A model generated the notes under the pieces. That model saw nothing but the letters and a program-made list of their open reading frames with translations. It had not been told where the DNA came from and made no database searches. Made by a program: the position numbers and the translations under genes. Positions 1 to 9,332 of a stretch of 64,000 nucleotides of DNA are shown here, in pieces. Numbering within the stretch: position 1 is the first letter of the stretch; the number at the start of each line of letters is the position of its first letter. Origin of the DNA: Acidimicrobiales bacterium (GTDB lineage Bacteria; Actinomycetota; Acidimicrobiia; Acidimicrobiales; WLNW01); assembly GCA_039934635.1 (NCBI GenBank), contig JBDTLT010000011.1, forward strand, positions 5,118 to 69,117. The letters are read 5' to 3'.

Positions 1-338
1 CGCAAGGTCGATTCGCCGCGCAACCCGCTGCCTTCGTAGAGCTTGCCGCCCGCCATCACCAACCCCTCGGTGAACGACCCTCGGTCGTGGGGCACTCGCG
101 CGACCACCTCGACGCGCAGCAGCTGGGCGTTAGCCGAAGCCGTGGTGGTGGGAGCGGTTGGCGTGGTCGCCGGTGCCGCGAGGGTCGACGGTGTCGAGGC
201 CGCGCTGCTCGTCGACACGGTCGCAAGCACCGTCGCCGATTTGTCCGCGGCGTCGCCGCACGAGATCACCGACACGGTGATGAGCAACGCCGCGACGACA
301 CGGCGTATCGAACTGTTCACGCGGGAAGCGATCGTCAT
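1..338 (-). CDS. Glutaminyl-peptide cyclotransferase (glutamine cyclotransferase) lipoprotein, partial (runs off the window start)
   Basis: Not in the ORF track because it has no stop in the window. Minus-strand translation from ATG at 338: MTIASRVNSSIRRVVAALLITVSVISC (signal peptide plus lipobox-like C), a T/P/A-rich linker, then LRVEVVARVPHDRGSFTEGLVMAGGKLYEGSGLRGESTL, matching the bacterial QC motif PHD..AFTQGL....LYESTG. Confidence 0.85.
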   Translation of the reverse strand, partial: MTIASRVNSSIRRVVAALLITVSVISCGDAADKSATVLATVSTSSAASTPSTLAAPATTPTAPTTTASANAQLLRVEVVARVPHDRGSFTEGLVMAGGKLYEGSGLRGESTL

Positions 339-366
339 AGGGTAAGGCGTCCGAAGAGGGGATCGC

Positions 367-1212
367 ATGCGCGGAGATGATCTGACCGGCAAGGTCGCGT
401 TGGTGGCCGGGGCCGTGCGCAAGCCGGGCATCGGGCGAGCGACGATCCTTCGCCTGGCAGAGATGGGCGCCGCGGTGGTGTGTGCCGACTCCGTCGCGGA
501 CGAGGCCGAGATCGATCCGCGCGGTGACACGATCAAGGTCAGCGCGAGCGACCTGCGCGCGGTCGTCGCCGAGGTCGAAGCGGCCGGCGGGCGCGCGGTC
601 GCGGTCAACCTCGATCAATCCGATCGTGAGTCGATCGACAACGCGGTGCGCCGCGCGGTGATGGAGTACGGGCGCCTCGACATCTTGTGTCATCTCGGCG
701 GCGGCACGTCGCCCGAACGTGACCGGCCGATCATGGAGCTCACGCCCGATGCATGGGATGACACCGTGGCGCTGATCCTCACGTCGGTGTTCCTCCTCAA
801 CCGTGCGGCGGCGAAGCAGATGATCACGCAGGGCGACGGCGGGGCCATCGTCAACCTGGGTTCGTTTGCCGGCGTGCGCCTGGCCGACGGTCCGCCGGCA
901 TTCTCGGCGCTCAAGGCCGGGGCCGAGGCGTTCACCAAGATGCTGGCCCGCGAACTTGCCCCGCACCGGATTCGCGTCAACATGGTGCATCCGCTCGGCG
1001 TCGATGCCGGCGATGGCGTCAAGAACCCGGGGCTGGCCCGCGCCGCGGAAAAGGCCGGGCGCTCGGTCGAGCAGTGGATGCGCGACATGATCCCGTTCGG
1101 GCGCTTCCAGGCGGCCGACGAGACCGCCGCAGTCGTGGCGTTCTTGTGCTCCGATGCCGCGTCGTTCACCTCGGGCCAGGCGATCTCCGTCGCCGGCGGG
1201 GCGACGCCCTAA
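367..1212 (+). CDS. SDR family NAD(P)-dependent oxidoreductase
   Basis: N-terminal GKVALVAGA..PGIG Rossmann motif, GRLDIL, IVNLGS, F-x3-K in place of YxxxK, IRVNMVHP, C-terminal FTSGQAISVAGG. Confidence 0.9.
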   Translation: MRGDDLTGKVALVAGAVRKPGIGRATILRLAEMGAAVVCADSVADEAEIDPRGDTIKVSASDLRAVVAEVEAAGGRAVAVNLDQSDRESIDNAVRRAVMEYGRLDILCHLGGGTSPERDRPIMELTPDAWDDTVALILTSVFLLNRAAAKQMITQGDGGAIVNLGSFAGVRLADGPPAFSALKAGAEAFTKMLARELAPHRIRVNMVHPLGVDAGDGVKNPGLARAAEKAGRSVEQWMRDMIPFGRFQAADETAAVVAFLCSDAASFTSGQAISVAGGATP

Positions 1213-1278
1213 CCCCCAGGTAACCGGTGGCGACCATTTTCCGAGCGCTGTCGAATGTTGCGGTTCCTTCAACGTATC

Positions 1279-1307
1279 TTGACAGTTGTGTTACGAACCG
1301 CTAGAAA
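1279..1307 (+). promoter_or_regulatory. Candidate sigma70-type promoter (TTGACA-17 nt-TAGAAA)
   Basis: Perfect -35 TTGACA at 1279-1284, 17-nt spacer, TAGAAA at 1302-1307, upstream of the 1340 ORF. Confidence 0.4.
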
Positions 1308-1339
1308 ATCCTTCCGTGCTACGCGATCGAGGTCCAAAG

Positions 1340-1654
1340 ATGCGACCATTTGACCCGCGCTCGTCCCTTCGGGAACCGGTGAGCCCGGCCGACATCGATG
1401 CCGCCATCGAGCAGTGGGACGTCGAACTCGCCCTCGAGATGGCGTTCCTCGCCACCGAGCGCGTCTCCGTCGCCCGTCGCATCGTGGGGTTCTTCGCCGC
1501 GCTGCTGGCATTCGTGGCCGGTGTCGCCGGCACGATCTGGGCGTTCCACAACGTCGGCCTCGGTTTGGCCTTGCTCAGCGCGTACTCGCTGCCGTTGTTC
1601 GTCCTACTGGTGATGCTCGGCGTCGAGCGCACGGTGCCACTCGGTAAGAACTGA
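1340..1654 (+). CDS. Small hypothetical membrane protein (2 TM)
   Basis: ORF 1286..1654; ATG 1340 preferred. Two hydrophobic stretches (IVGFFAALLAFVAGVAGTIWAF; VGLGLALLSAYSLPLFVLLVMLGV). Confidence 0.6.
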   Translation: MRPFDPRSSLREPVSPADIDAAIEQWDVELALEMAFLATERVSVARRIVGFFAALLAFVAGVAGTIWAFHNVGLGLALLSAYSLPLFVLLVMLGVERTVPLGKN

Positions 1655-1734
1655 GGCCCGAGCGGCCTGCAGATCGGAAACCCCAGCGGGCACGCTGCTT
1701 CGACACAACCCGCACTGCGAGCGAGACTGCGGCG

Positions 1735-2913
1735 ATGCGCATCGGTTACAGCGATGACAGTGAAGCGTTGCGGCAGACGCTGCGTTCGTATTACGACGAG
1801 TTGCTGAAACCCGAGGTCCGCGAACGACTCTCGCATTCGGAGGGCATCGGCCCCGACATGCGGGCGGTCGTGCGCCAGATGGGCCGCGACGGGTGGTTGG
1901 GCATCGGCTGGCCGCCCGAGTACGGCGGCCAGGGTCGCACGCCGATCGAACAGTTCGTCTTCTTCGACGAGTCGATGCGGGCGCAAGCGCCCGTGCCCAT
2001 GCTGACCGTCAACACGGTCGGCCCGACGATCATGCACTTCGGCACCGCCGCCCAAAAAGAGTTCTTCCTGCCCAAGATCGTCGCCGGCGAGATTCACTTC
2101 TGCATCGGCTACTCAGAGCCCGGCGCCGGTACCGATCTCGCGGCCTTGCAGACACGCGCGGTCAGGGATGGCGACGAGTACATCATCAACGGACAGAAGA
2201 TCTGGACGAGCTTGGCCTCCGATGCCGACTACTGCTGGCTGGCGGTGCGCACCAACGCCGAAGCCAAGAAGCACAAGGGCATCTCGATGATCATCGTCGA
2301 CATGAAGAACACGGACGGCATCACCGTTCGGCCCCTCGACCTGCTGCCGGGGCACAACGTATGCGAGGTCTTCTTCGACGATGTGCGCGTGCCGGTCGCG
2401 AATCGCGTCGGTGAGGAAAACGGCGGCTGGAATCTCATCACCAACCAGCTCAACCACGAGCGGGTCACGCTGTGCTCGCCGGGCATGATCGAGAATCACC
2501 TCGACGAGGTCAAGGCCTGGGCCAAAGCGACGGTCGGTGCGGACGGTCGCCGTGTGATCGACGACGAATGGGTACGCATCGCGTTGGCCCGGCTCTACGC
2601 GCGCCTCGAGTTCTTGCGGCTCATCAACTGGAAGGTTGCCTACAACGCGACGCAGAACACGCTGCATCCGGCCGACGCGTCGGCCACGAAGACGTTCGGC
2701 ACCGAGTTCTATCTCGAGGCCATGCGGTCCTTGATGGAGATCGTCGGTCAGGCGTCGTATCTGACTGCAGGCACCGCCGGCTCGGTGTTGCATTCACGAC
2801 TCGAGGCCGCGTACCGCGGCCTGTTGATCTTGACATTCGGAGGCGGCACCAACGAACTGCAACGTGATTTGATCGCGATGTTCGGCTTGGGCATGCCGCG
2901 GTCCGATCGATGA
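1735..2913 (+). CDS. Acyl-CoA dehydrogenase, FadE26/FadE29-like catalytic (alpha) subunit
   Basis: GWLGIGWPPEYGGQG, FCIGYSEPGAGTDLA, INGQKIWTS, catalytic-type LNHER, C-terminal TFGGGTNELQR. Confidence 0.92.
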   Translation: MRIGYSDDSEALRQTLRSYYDELLKPEVRERLSHSEGIGPDMRAVVRQMGRDGWLGIGWPPEYGGQGRTPIEQFVFFDESMRAQAPVPMLTVNTVGPTIMHFGTAAQKEFFLPKIVAGEIHFCIGYSEPGAGTDLAALQTRAVRDGDEYIINGQKIWTSLASDADYCWLAVRTNAEAKKHKGISMIIVDMKNTDGITVRPLDLLPGHNVCEVFFDDVRVPVANRVGEENGGWNLITNQLNHERVTLCSPGMIENHLDEVKAWAKATVGADGRRVIDDEWVRIALARLYARLEFLRLINWKVAYNATQNTLHPADASATKTFGTEFYLEAMRSLMEIVGQASYLTAGTAGSVLHSRLEAAYRGLLILTFGGGTNELQRDLIAMFGLGMPRSDR

Positions 2914-2923
2914 GGGGACATTG

Positions 2924-4027
2924 ATGGATTTCTCACTGAGCGAAGAACAAGAGACCACGCGTTCGCTGGCGCGCCAGATCCTCTCCGATCTCGTCACGCC
3001 CGAGCGCCACAAGGAACTCGAAGCCGACGGCCAATGGTTCGATCGCAAGGCGTGGTCTGCACTGGCCGACGCCGGGCTGCTCGGCATCGCGGCACCCGAA
3101 GCGCATGGCGGCTCGGCACTCGGGTTCCTCGAGGTCGCGCTCGTGCTCGAAGAAGTCGGGCGCACGGTCGCCAAAGTGCCCTATCTCGCATCCGTGGTGA
3201 TGGGCATTTTGCCGATCGCCCGCTTCGGTGACGCGACGGTGCAGGGCCAGTGGCTTCCGCGGCTCGTCTCGGGTGAGGCCATCGCCACGACCGCGCTGGT
3301 CGAAGAGCGCGCATCCGCCCGGTCGCCGGCCACGTCCGCCCGCAAGAAGGGCTCTGCTTGGGTGCTCGACGGCACGAAGACGTGCGTCCCGGCGGGCCTC
3401 GACGCCTCGATCGTGTTGGTGCCCGCGATGACGGGCAACCGCCGGGTCGGCGTGTTCGTCGTCGAGACCGACGGGCCCGGCGTCGAGATCGAGCGCCAGG
3501 ACACCACGACCGGCATTCCCGAAGCGCGGGTCGTGCTCGCGGGCGCCAAGGCGACATTGCTCGGCGACACCGTCGCGGGTGCAGAGATCGTCGATTGGAT
3601 CACGCTGCGGGCGACTGCGGCGCTGGCCGCCACCGCGGTCGGTGTCTGCGAAGCCGCCCTGCGCATCACCGCGGAGTACACGAAGACGCGCGAGCAGTTC
3701 GGCCGCCCGATCGCCACGTTCCAAGCAGTCGGCCAACGCGCCGCCGACGCCTACATCGACACCGAGGCGGTGCGGCTCACCGCGCTGCAGGCCGCGTGGC
3801 GCATCTCCGCCGATCTCCCGGCCGAGGCCGAGGTGGCCATCGCCAAGTTCTGGGCGGCGGACGGCGGGCAGCGCGTCGTGCACGCGGCGCAACACCTGCA
3901 CGGGGGCATGGGTGTCGACCGGGACTATCCCGTTCACCGCTATTTCCTGTGGGCCAAGCATCTCGAACTCTCGCTCGGCGGCGCCACCGAACAGCTTCTG
4001 CGCTTGGGCGACATCTTGGCCGGGTAA
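2924..4027 (+). CDS. Acyl-CoA dehydrogenase, FadE27/FadE28-like partner (beta) subunit
   Basis: MDFSLSEEQ start, REQFGRPIATFQAV, AQHLHGGMG..RDYPVHRYF. Adjacent to the alpha subunit, as in alpha2beta2 steroid ACADs. Confidence 0.9.
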   Translation: MDFSLSEEQETTRSLARQILSDLVTPERHKELEADGQWFDRKAWSALADAGLLGIAAPEAHGGSALGFLEVALVLEEVGRTVAKVPYLASVVMGILPIARFGDATVQGQWLPRLVSGEAIATTALVEERASARSPATSARKKGSAWVLDGTKTCVPAGLDASIVLVPAMTGNRRVGVFVVETDGPGVEIERQDTTTGIPEARVVLAGAKATLLGDTVAGAEIVDWITLRATAALAATAVGVCEAALRITAEYTKTREQFGRPIATFQAVGQRAADAYIDTEAVRLTALQAAWRISADLPAEAEVAIAKFWAADGGQRVVHAAQHLHGGMGVDRDYPVHRYFLWAKHLELSLGGATEQLLRLGDILAG

Positions 4028-4079
4028 CGGCGGAGGGAACCAGAGATACCCCGGCCCTCGTCGGGGAAATCCCGGGGCT

Positions 4080-4106
4080 ATTTGTTACTATGGCCGTAGT
4101 GGAAAT
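4080..4106. promoter_or_regulatory. Palindromic operator-like motif upstream of sufB
   Basis: ATTTGTTACTAT-GGCC-GTAGTGGAAAT; related motifs lie at 5969-5994 and 11818-11843. Confidence 0.6.
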
Positions 4107-4143
4107 TCTGGATTCCCGACGCGACGCAAAAGGAGCCTGACGC

Positions 4144-5541
4144 ATGGCTGACATTGGCGTTGATCTGAGCCGCTACGCCCTCGGGTGGCACGACGAAGTT
4201 GTTTCCGTCTTCGAGCCCAAGCGTGGCTTGAACGCCGACATCGTCAAAGAGATCTCCGGCATCAAGGGCGAGCCCCAGTGGATGCTCGACTTCCGGTTGA
4301 AGTCACTGCGCCAATTCGAAAAGCGGCCCATGCCCAATTGGGGCGGCGATCTCTCCGAGATCTACTTCGACAACATCTTCTATTACATCAAGCCGACCGA
4401 CCATCAGGTCGACGCGTGGGATGCCTTGCCCGAGTCGGTGAAAAAGACCTACGAAAAGCTCGGTATTCCCGAGGCCGAGCGCAAGTACCTCGCGGGGGTC
4501 ACCGCGCAGTACGAAAGCGAAGTCGTCTTCCATCGCAATCGTGAAGATCTCGCCGGTCTCGGTGTGATCTTCTGCGACATGGACACCGCGCTGCGCGAGT
4601 ACCCCGATGTCGTCAAGAAGCACATGGGCAAGATCATCCCGTCGAACGACAACAAGTTCTCTGCGCTCAACTCCGCCGCGTGGAGCGGTGGCTCGTTCAT
4701 CTACGTCCCACCGGGCGTCAAGGTGCCGATGCCGTTGCAGGCCTACTTCCGTATCAACTCGGAGAACATGGGCCAGTTCGAGCGCACGTTGATCATCGCC
4801 GACGAGGGCTCCGAAGTGCATTACATCGAGGGTTGCTCGGCACCGGTCTACACGACCGATTCATTGCATTCGGCGGTCGTCGAGATCTTCGTCGGCAAGT
4901 CGGCTCGAGTGACCTACACGACCATCCAAAACTGGTCCAACAACGTCTTCAACTTGGTCACCAAGCGCGCCCGGGTCGAGGCCGAGGGCCACATGGAGTG
5001 GATCGACGGCAACATCGGTTCGCGTCTCACGATGAAGTACCCCGGTGTCGTCATGGTCGGCCCCAAGGCATCCGGTGAGGTGCTGTCGGTCGCCTATGCG
5101 GGGCAGGGCCAACATCAAGATGCCGGCGCCAAGATGGTGCACGCCGCGCCCGAGACGACCTCCAAAATCGTGTCCAAGTCGATCTCCAAGGACGGCGGGC
5201 GCACCAGCTATCGCGGTCTGGTGCGGGTCGAAGGCGACGCCTACGGCTGCAAGAGTCATGTGCAGTGCGACGCGCTCATTCTCGATGACCATTCCATCTC
5301 CGACACGTTCCCCTACATGGAGATCGGCGCCAAAGATGCGGTCATCGGCCACGAGGCGACGGTGTCCAAGGTCGCGGACGATCAACTCTTCTACTTGATG
5401 AGCCGCGGGCTCTCGCACGAACAAGCCATGGGCATGATCGTCAACGGCTTCATCGAGCCGGTGACGCGCACGCTGCCGATGGAGTACGCGGTCGAGTGGT
5501 CACGCCTCATCGAACTACAGATGGAAGGCAGCGTCGGCTGA
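4144..5541 (+). CDS. sufB: Fe-S cluster assembly protein SufB
   Basis: [62 protein letters not shown]...LQMEGSVG. Confidence 0.98.
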   Translation: MADIGVDLSRYALGWHDEVVSVFEPKRGLNADIVKEISGIKGEPQWMLDFRLKSLRQFEKRPMPNWGGDLSEIYFDNIFYYIKPTDHQVDAWDALPESVKKTYEKLGIPEAERKYLAGVTAQYESEVVFHRNREDLAGLGVIFCDMDTALREYPDVVKKHMGKIIPSNDNKFSALNSAAWSGGSFIYVPPGVKVPMPLQAYFRINSENMGQFERTLIIADEGSEVHYIEGCSAPVYTTDSLHSAVVEIFVGKSARVTYTTIQNWSNNVFNLVTKRARVEAEGHMEWIDGNIGSRLTMKYPGVVMVGPKASGEVLSVAYAGQGQHQDAGAKMVHAAPETTSKIVSKSISKDGGRTSYRGLVRVEGDAYGCKSHVQCDALILDDHSISDTFPYMEIGAKDAVIGHEATVSKVADDQLFYLMSRGLSHEQAMGMIVNGFIEPVTRTLPMEYAVEWSRLIELQMEGSVG

Positions 5542-5607
5542 GCCTGCGAAGCAGCGTGCCATGCCCCCCGCGTGCCGTGCACGCGGCGGGTTTGGCAAGA
5601 TGGGGTG

Positions 5608-5967
5608 ATGCCCATGCGGGAAGAGTGCAAGTTCTTCGAGAGTCGGACCTATAAGAACGGTGAGACCGTCCGCAAGTGCGACCTCGACCTTGCCCCCGAG
5701 GCGCCGTGGCGTTGTCCGGAGAACTGCGCGGCGTTCACGCCGCGGATGGCCGACGTCAATTGGGCCCACGGCACGCTCGTGACGCCGCCGACGCCCGCCG
5801 AGCCGAAGAGCCTCGAAGAAGATCCCGAATCGGTGGCCCGTCTGCTCGACGAAGCCGAGGACATCCTCAACGAAGCCGGACCGCGCATCGTCGACGAGGT
5901 CAATCGCCAGCAGGGTCGAGACCCGGCTCGGCGAAAGTGGTGGCCGTTCGGTCGCGCCGGGCGCTGA
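5608..5967 (+). CDS. Uncharacterised protein with a C-x16-C-x11-C-x3-C motif, between sufB and sufD
   Basis: ORF fills the sufB-sufD gap with typical codon usage; four Cys in the N-terminal 40 aa, acidic helical middle, basic/aromatic tail (RRKWWPFGR). Confidence 0.8.
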   Translation: MPMREECKFFESRTYKNGETVRKCDLDLAPEAPWRCPENCAAFTPRMADVNWAHGTLVTPPTPAEPKSLEEDPESVARLLDEAEDILNEAGPRIVDEVNRQQGRDPARRKWWPFGRAGR

Positions 5968-5968
5968 T

Positions 5969-5994
5969 ATTTCCCCTACGCGGATAGGATTATT
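5969..5994. promoter_or_regulatory. Degenerate copy of the suf operator-like palindrome directly before sufD
   Basis: ATTTCCCCTAC-GCGG-ATAGGATTATT, ending 3 nt before the sufD GTG. Confidence 0.45.
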
Positions 5995-5997
5995 TCC

Positions 5998-7266
5998 GTG
6001 GTTTCGGTCTTTGCCCCCGATGTAGCGCGCTCGCTCGACGGGCCCCAATGGCTTCGCGAATTTCGCCGTGGCGCGGCCGAGCGGGTTGCAGCGGGTTCCT
6101 TGCCCACCGCCGACGAAGAGGTGTGGCGCTACACCCGCATCGGTGATCTCGCCATCGACCGCTTTCACCTGAGCGACGGCGTCAGCGGTGATGCCCGCAC
6201 CGTTGCCCAGGTGCAGACCGTGCTCGGCGCCTACAGCGACACCGCCGCGGTAGTCGTCGTGCACAACGGACGGCTCGCGCATGTCTCGCAATCGGTCGCT
6301 CGCGGGCTCTACGTAGGGCCGCTGACCGGCTATCGCGGTGGCGAAACGCTGCTCGGCTCGGCGTCGCCCGCCGCCACCGATCTCTTCGCGGAGATGAACA
6401 ACGCATTCGCCGCAGAGCCTCTCGCAGTGGTCGTGGACGCGAACGCCGAGATCGACGCGCCGATTGTGGTCGTGCACTGGAACGACGGCGCCGACGCTGC
6501 GGTGTTTCCCCGTCTCGTCGTGCGGGCGGGCGCCAACAGTCACGCGCTGCTCGTCGAGCACGCGTTGTCGTCGGGCGACACGTTGATGCTGGCTCCCGTG
6601 GTCGAGATGGTGATCGAGCGCGACGCTCGCTTCGGCTATCTCAACGTGCAGCAGTTGGGTGCGAGCACCTGGCAACTGGCATCGCATTCTTCGACCGTCG
6701 ACACCGGTGCCACATTGACCGCGTCAGCCGCGGTTTTCGGTGGCGACTCGGCGCGTCAACGCACCGACTGCCGGCTCATCGGGCGGGGCGCCACCGGCGT
6801 GCTGCAAGCCTTGTATTTCGGCAGCGGTGACCAATTGCTCGACTTCCGCACCTTTCAAGATCACGCGGCGCGCGACACCACGAGCAATCTGTTGTTCAAA
6901 GGCGTCATCGACGATCGGGCCCGCTCGGTCTACACCGGGCTCATCCATGTGCGACCCGATGCCCGGGGGACCAACGCGTTCCAGACGAACCGCAACATCA
7001 AACTCTCTGACGAAGCATGGGCCGAGTCCGTGCCCAACCTCCAGATCGAGAACAACGACGTCAAGTGCAGCCACGCGTCGACCGTCGGCCCCGTCGACGA
7101 AGACCAACGCTTCTATCTGGAGAGTCGCGGTTTGCATCCCTCGCGAGCCGAGCGTTTCATCGTCGCCGGCTTCTTCGACGAGGTGCTCCACGCCCTGCCG
7201 GTCGCCGCCGCTCGTCCGATCGTCGCCGCGGCAATCACCGCCAAACTTGGCGAGGAGTCGAAGTGA
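5998..7266 (+). CDS. sufD: Fe-S cluster assembly protein SufD
   Basis: PTADEEVWRYT, LLFKGVI, AFQTNRNIKLS, SVPNLQIENNDVKCSHASTVG, FYLESRG. Confidence 0.95.
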   Translation: MVSVFAPDVARSLDGPQWLREFRRGAAERVAAGSLPTADEEVWRYTRIGDLAIDRFHLSDGVSGDARTVAQVQTVLGAYSDTAAVVVVHNGRLAHVSQSVARGLYVGPLTGYRGGETLLGSASPAATDLFAEMNNAFAAEPLAVVVDANAEIDAPIVVVHWNDGADAAVFPRLVVRAGANSHALLVEHALSSGDTLMLAPVVEMVIERDARFGYLNVQQLGASTWQLASHSSTVDTGATLTASAAVFGGDSARQRTDCRLIGRGATGVLQALYFGSGDQLLDFRTFQDHAARDTTSNLLFKGVIDDRARSVYTGLIHVRPDARGTNAFQTNRNIKLSDEAWAESVPNLQIENNDVKCSHASTVGPVDEDQRFYLESRGLHPSRAERFIVAGFFDEVLHALPVAAARPIVAAAITAKLGEESK

Positions 7267-7589
7267 AGCAGTTCTTATTGTGCGCCGTTGACGATCTCGC
7301 GCCCGCGACGGCGCGGCGCTTCGACGTAGACGCACACCGCATCGCGCTGGTGCGCATCGACGACGACTTCTACGCCATCGGCGACACGTGTTCGCACGCG
7401 GACTACTCGCTCTCCGAAGGCGAGGTCAACCTCGAAGAACGCACGCTCGAATGCTGGAAGCACGGCAGCCAGTTCAGCGTCGAAGACGGACATCCGGTGT
7501 CGCTACCCGCCACGCGGCCGGTGCCGGTCTACAAAGTCGTCGTCGAAGACGGCTCGGTCTACGTGTCGATCGAGGCCGGCGATGAGTGA
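7263..7589 (+). CDS. Rieske-type ferredoxin (non-heme iron oxygenase ferredoxin subunit)
   Basis: GTG start overlapping the sufD stop; CSH..(x17)..CWKHGSQF Rieske motif. Usual member of actinobacterial suf operons. Confidence 0.92.
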   Translation: MKQFLLCAVDDLAPATARRFDVDAHRIALVRIDDDFYAIGDTCSHADYSLSEGEVNLEERTLECWKHGSQFSVEDGHPVSLPATRPVPVYKVVVEDGSVYVSIEAGDE

Positions 7590-8370
7590 GCTCGTGATCA
7601 GGGGCCTGTACGCGTCGGTGCGGGGCGCGCCCATTCTGCGCGGCGTCGATCTGGTCGTGCGCAGCGGCGAAGTGCACGCGGTGATGGGCCCCAATGGGTC
7701 GGGCAAATCGACGTTGGCGCATGTGCTGATGGGTAAGCCCGGCTACGAGGTCACCGAGGGTTCGATCACGCTCGATGGTGTCGACCTCGTGGGCCTTGCG
7801 CCGTGGCAGCGGGCCCGGGCGGGGCTGTTCCTCGGCCTGCAGTATCCCGTCGAGGTACCCGGCGTGCACGTGGGCGAGGTTCTGGTCGAGGCCCTCGCGG
7901 CGGGCGGGCTTTCGCACGAGGCCGCCGACGAACGCATCGCGTCGGAGGCACCCCGCCTCGGACTCGACGACATGTTCTTCACGCGTGCGCTCAACGTCGA
8001 TCTCTCGGGCGGCGAGAAGAAGCGCGTCGAGACCTTTCAGCTCGCGGTGCTGCGGCCCAAGATCGCGGTGCTCGACGAGCTCGATTCGGGCCTCGATATC
8101 GACGCGTTGCGCCTCGTCAGCCGCCGTGTCGAAGACGCGACCAAAGAGTTCGATCTCGGCGTGCTCGCCATCACGCACTACCAGCGCCTGCTCGAAGTAC
8201 TGCACGCTGATCACGTGCACATCTTCGCCAACGGTCGCATCAAGGCCAGCGGCGGCCCCGAGCTGGCGTCCGAGCTCGAACGCACCGGCTATGCCGCGTG
8301 GGCCGACGCCGAGGCCGCGACCGTCGTCGCCGATCCGTTCGCGGATCCCTTCGCGGATCCCTTCGCCTGA
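7582..8370 (+). CDS. sufC: Fe-S cluster assembly ATPase SufC (copy 1), C-terminal (ADPF)3 tail
   Basis: Walker A GPNGSGKST, QYPVEVPG, LSGGEKKR signature, Walker B DELDSGLDID, ITHYQR. Confidence 0.95.
   Translation: MSELVIRGLYASVRGAPILRGVDLVVRSGEVHAVMGPNGSGKSTLAHVLMGKPGYEVTEGSITLDGVDLVGLAPWQRARAGLFLGLQYPVEVPGVHVGEVLVEALAAGGLSHEAADERIASEAPRLGLDDMFFTRALNVDLSGGEKKRVETFQLAVLRPKIAVLDELDSGLDIDALRLVSRRVEDATKEFDLGVLAITHYQRLLEVLHADHVHIFANGRIKASGGPELASELERTGYAAWADAEAATVVADPFADPFADPFA
8329..8364 (+). repeat. 12-nt tandem repeat x3 encoding (ADPF)3 at the SufC1 C-terminus
   Basis: gccgatccgttc gcggatcccttc gcggatcccttc, followed by gcc tga. Confidence 0.9.
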
Positions 8371-8433
8371 TTCGAACGCGTCGCCGCGGCTCGCCGTCTG
8401 GACGTACCGCGAACGTGTCGTAGGCTCGAAACC

Positions 8434-8733
8434 ATGCCGGTAGATCGCCGTCCCCTGTCCTCCGCCGAGGTCGCCCACCTCGTCGCGCCACTCGACGGAT
8501 GGGAGCTCGACGGCGACACGTTGCGGCGTCAGCTGGTCTTCGACTCGTTCGTGCAGGCCTTCGGCTTCATGGCCCAGGTGGCCCTCATCGCCGAGCGCCT
8601 CGACCATCACCCGAACTGGTCCAACGTGTACAACCGCGTCGACATCGCCGTCACGACGCACGATGCGGGCGGCTTGACCGCGCTCGACTTCGAGTTCGTG
8701 CGCCGGGTCGACGCGGTCTTGTCGCGAGCCTGA
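8434..8733 (+). CDS. phhB: Pterin-4-alpha-carbinolamine dehydratase
   Basis: F..AFGFM..VALIAERLDHHPNWSNVYNRV.I..TTHDAGGLT.LDF. Confidence 0.92.
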   Translation: MPVDRRPLSSAEVAHLVAPLDGWELDGDTLRRQLVFDSFVQAFGFMAQVALIAERLDHHPNWSNVYNRVDIAVTTHDAGGLTALDFEFVRRVDAVLSRA

Positions 8734-8734
8734 C

Positions 8735-9256
8735 ATGCGCCACGAAATCGAAGGCAGCATCGTCCGTCTGCGCGCGATGGAACTCGCCGATGTCCAGTGG
8801 TACGACAACTTGCCGATCACGAGTGAGTACGACGACTTTGGCCAGCAGCCGCCGTACAACTCAGTCGATCGCTGGCGCGCCGACAAGCTCGTCACCGCCG
8901 ACAACGGGTTGCTACTGGTCGAACAGATCGCGTCGCGCGAGCGACTGGGTTCTGTCGGGTGGCGCACCGTCACGTGGGGGCCGTCGTGGCTGTCCCGTTG
9001 TATAGAGATCGGCATCTCGCTCATTCCGAGTGCGCGGGGCCGCGGCCTCGGTACCGAGGCGCAGCGGTTACTCGCTCGATTTCTCTTCGCCGAGACCAAT
9101 GTGCAACGAATCCAGGCGGTCACCGACGTGACCAACCTTTCCGAGCAGCGTGCGCTCGAAAAAGCGGGCTTCATCGCCGAAGGAGTGCTGCGCAGCGCGC
9201 AACACCGGCGCGGCGACTATCACGACTTGGTGATCTACGCAGTAGTACGCGAATAG
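8735..9256 (+). CDS. GNAT N-acetyltransferase, RimJ/RimL family
   Basis: EIGISL..SARGRGLGTEA, RIQAVTDVTN..EQRALEKAGF..EGVLR. Confidence 0.88.
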   Translation: MRHEIEGSIVRLRAMELADVQWYDNLPITSEYDDFGQQPPYNSVDRWRADKLVTADNGLLLVEQIASRERLGSVGWRTVTWGPSWLSRCIEIGISLIPSARGRGLGTEAQRLLARFLFAETNVQRIQAVTDVTNLSEQRALEKAGFIAEGVLRSAQHRRGDYHDLVIYAVVRE

Positions 9257-9280
9257 TGCGTGCTAGTGGGGTGGTCTAAC

Positions 9281-9321
9281 CGCGGCGGCAGCCGCCCAGC
9301 GTTGCGGCGCCGCCGCACCAG
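9281..9321. repeat. Degenerate copy of the REP-like double-hairpin repeat (between convergent GNAT and sufU)
   Basis: cgcggcggcagccgcccagcgttgcggcgccgccgcaccag resembles 62357-62397 and keeps both GCGGC..GCCGC stems. Confidence 0.65.
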
Positions 9322-9332
9322 AACGACCGCCG

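Noticed and set aside
130-1272. 380-aa minus-strand ORF (and similar long antisense ORFs such as 2933-3961, 5515-6687, 37497-39395, 54853-56439)
   Set aside because: Shadow ORFs opposite well-supported genes. They are Arg/His/Ala-rich with no family motifs, as expected in high-GC DNA.
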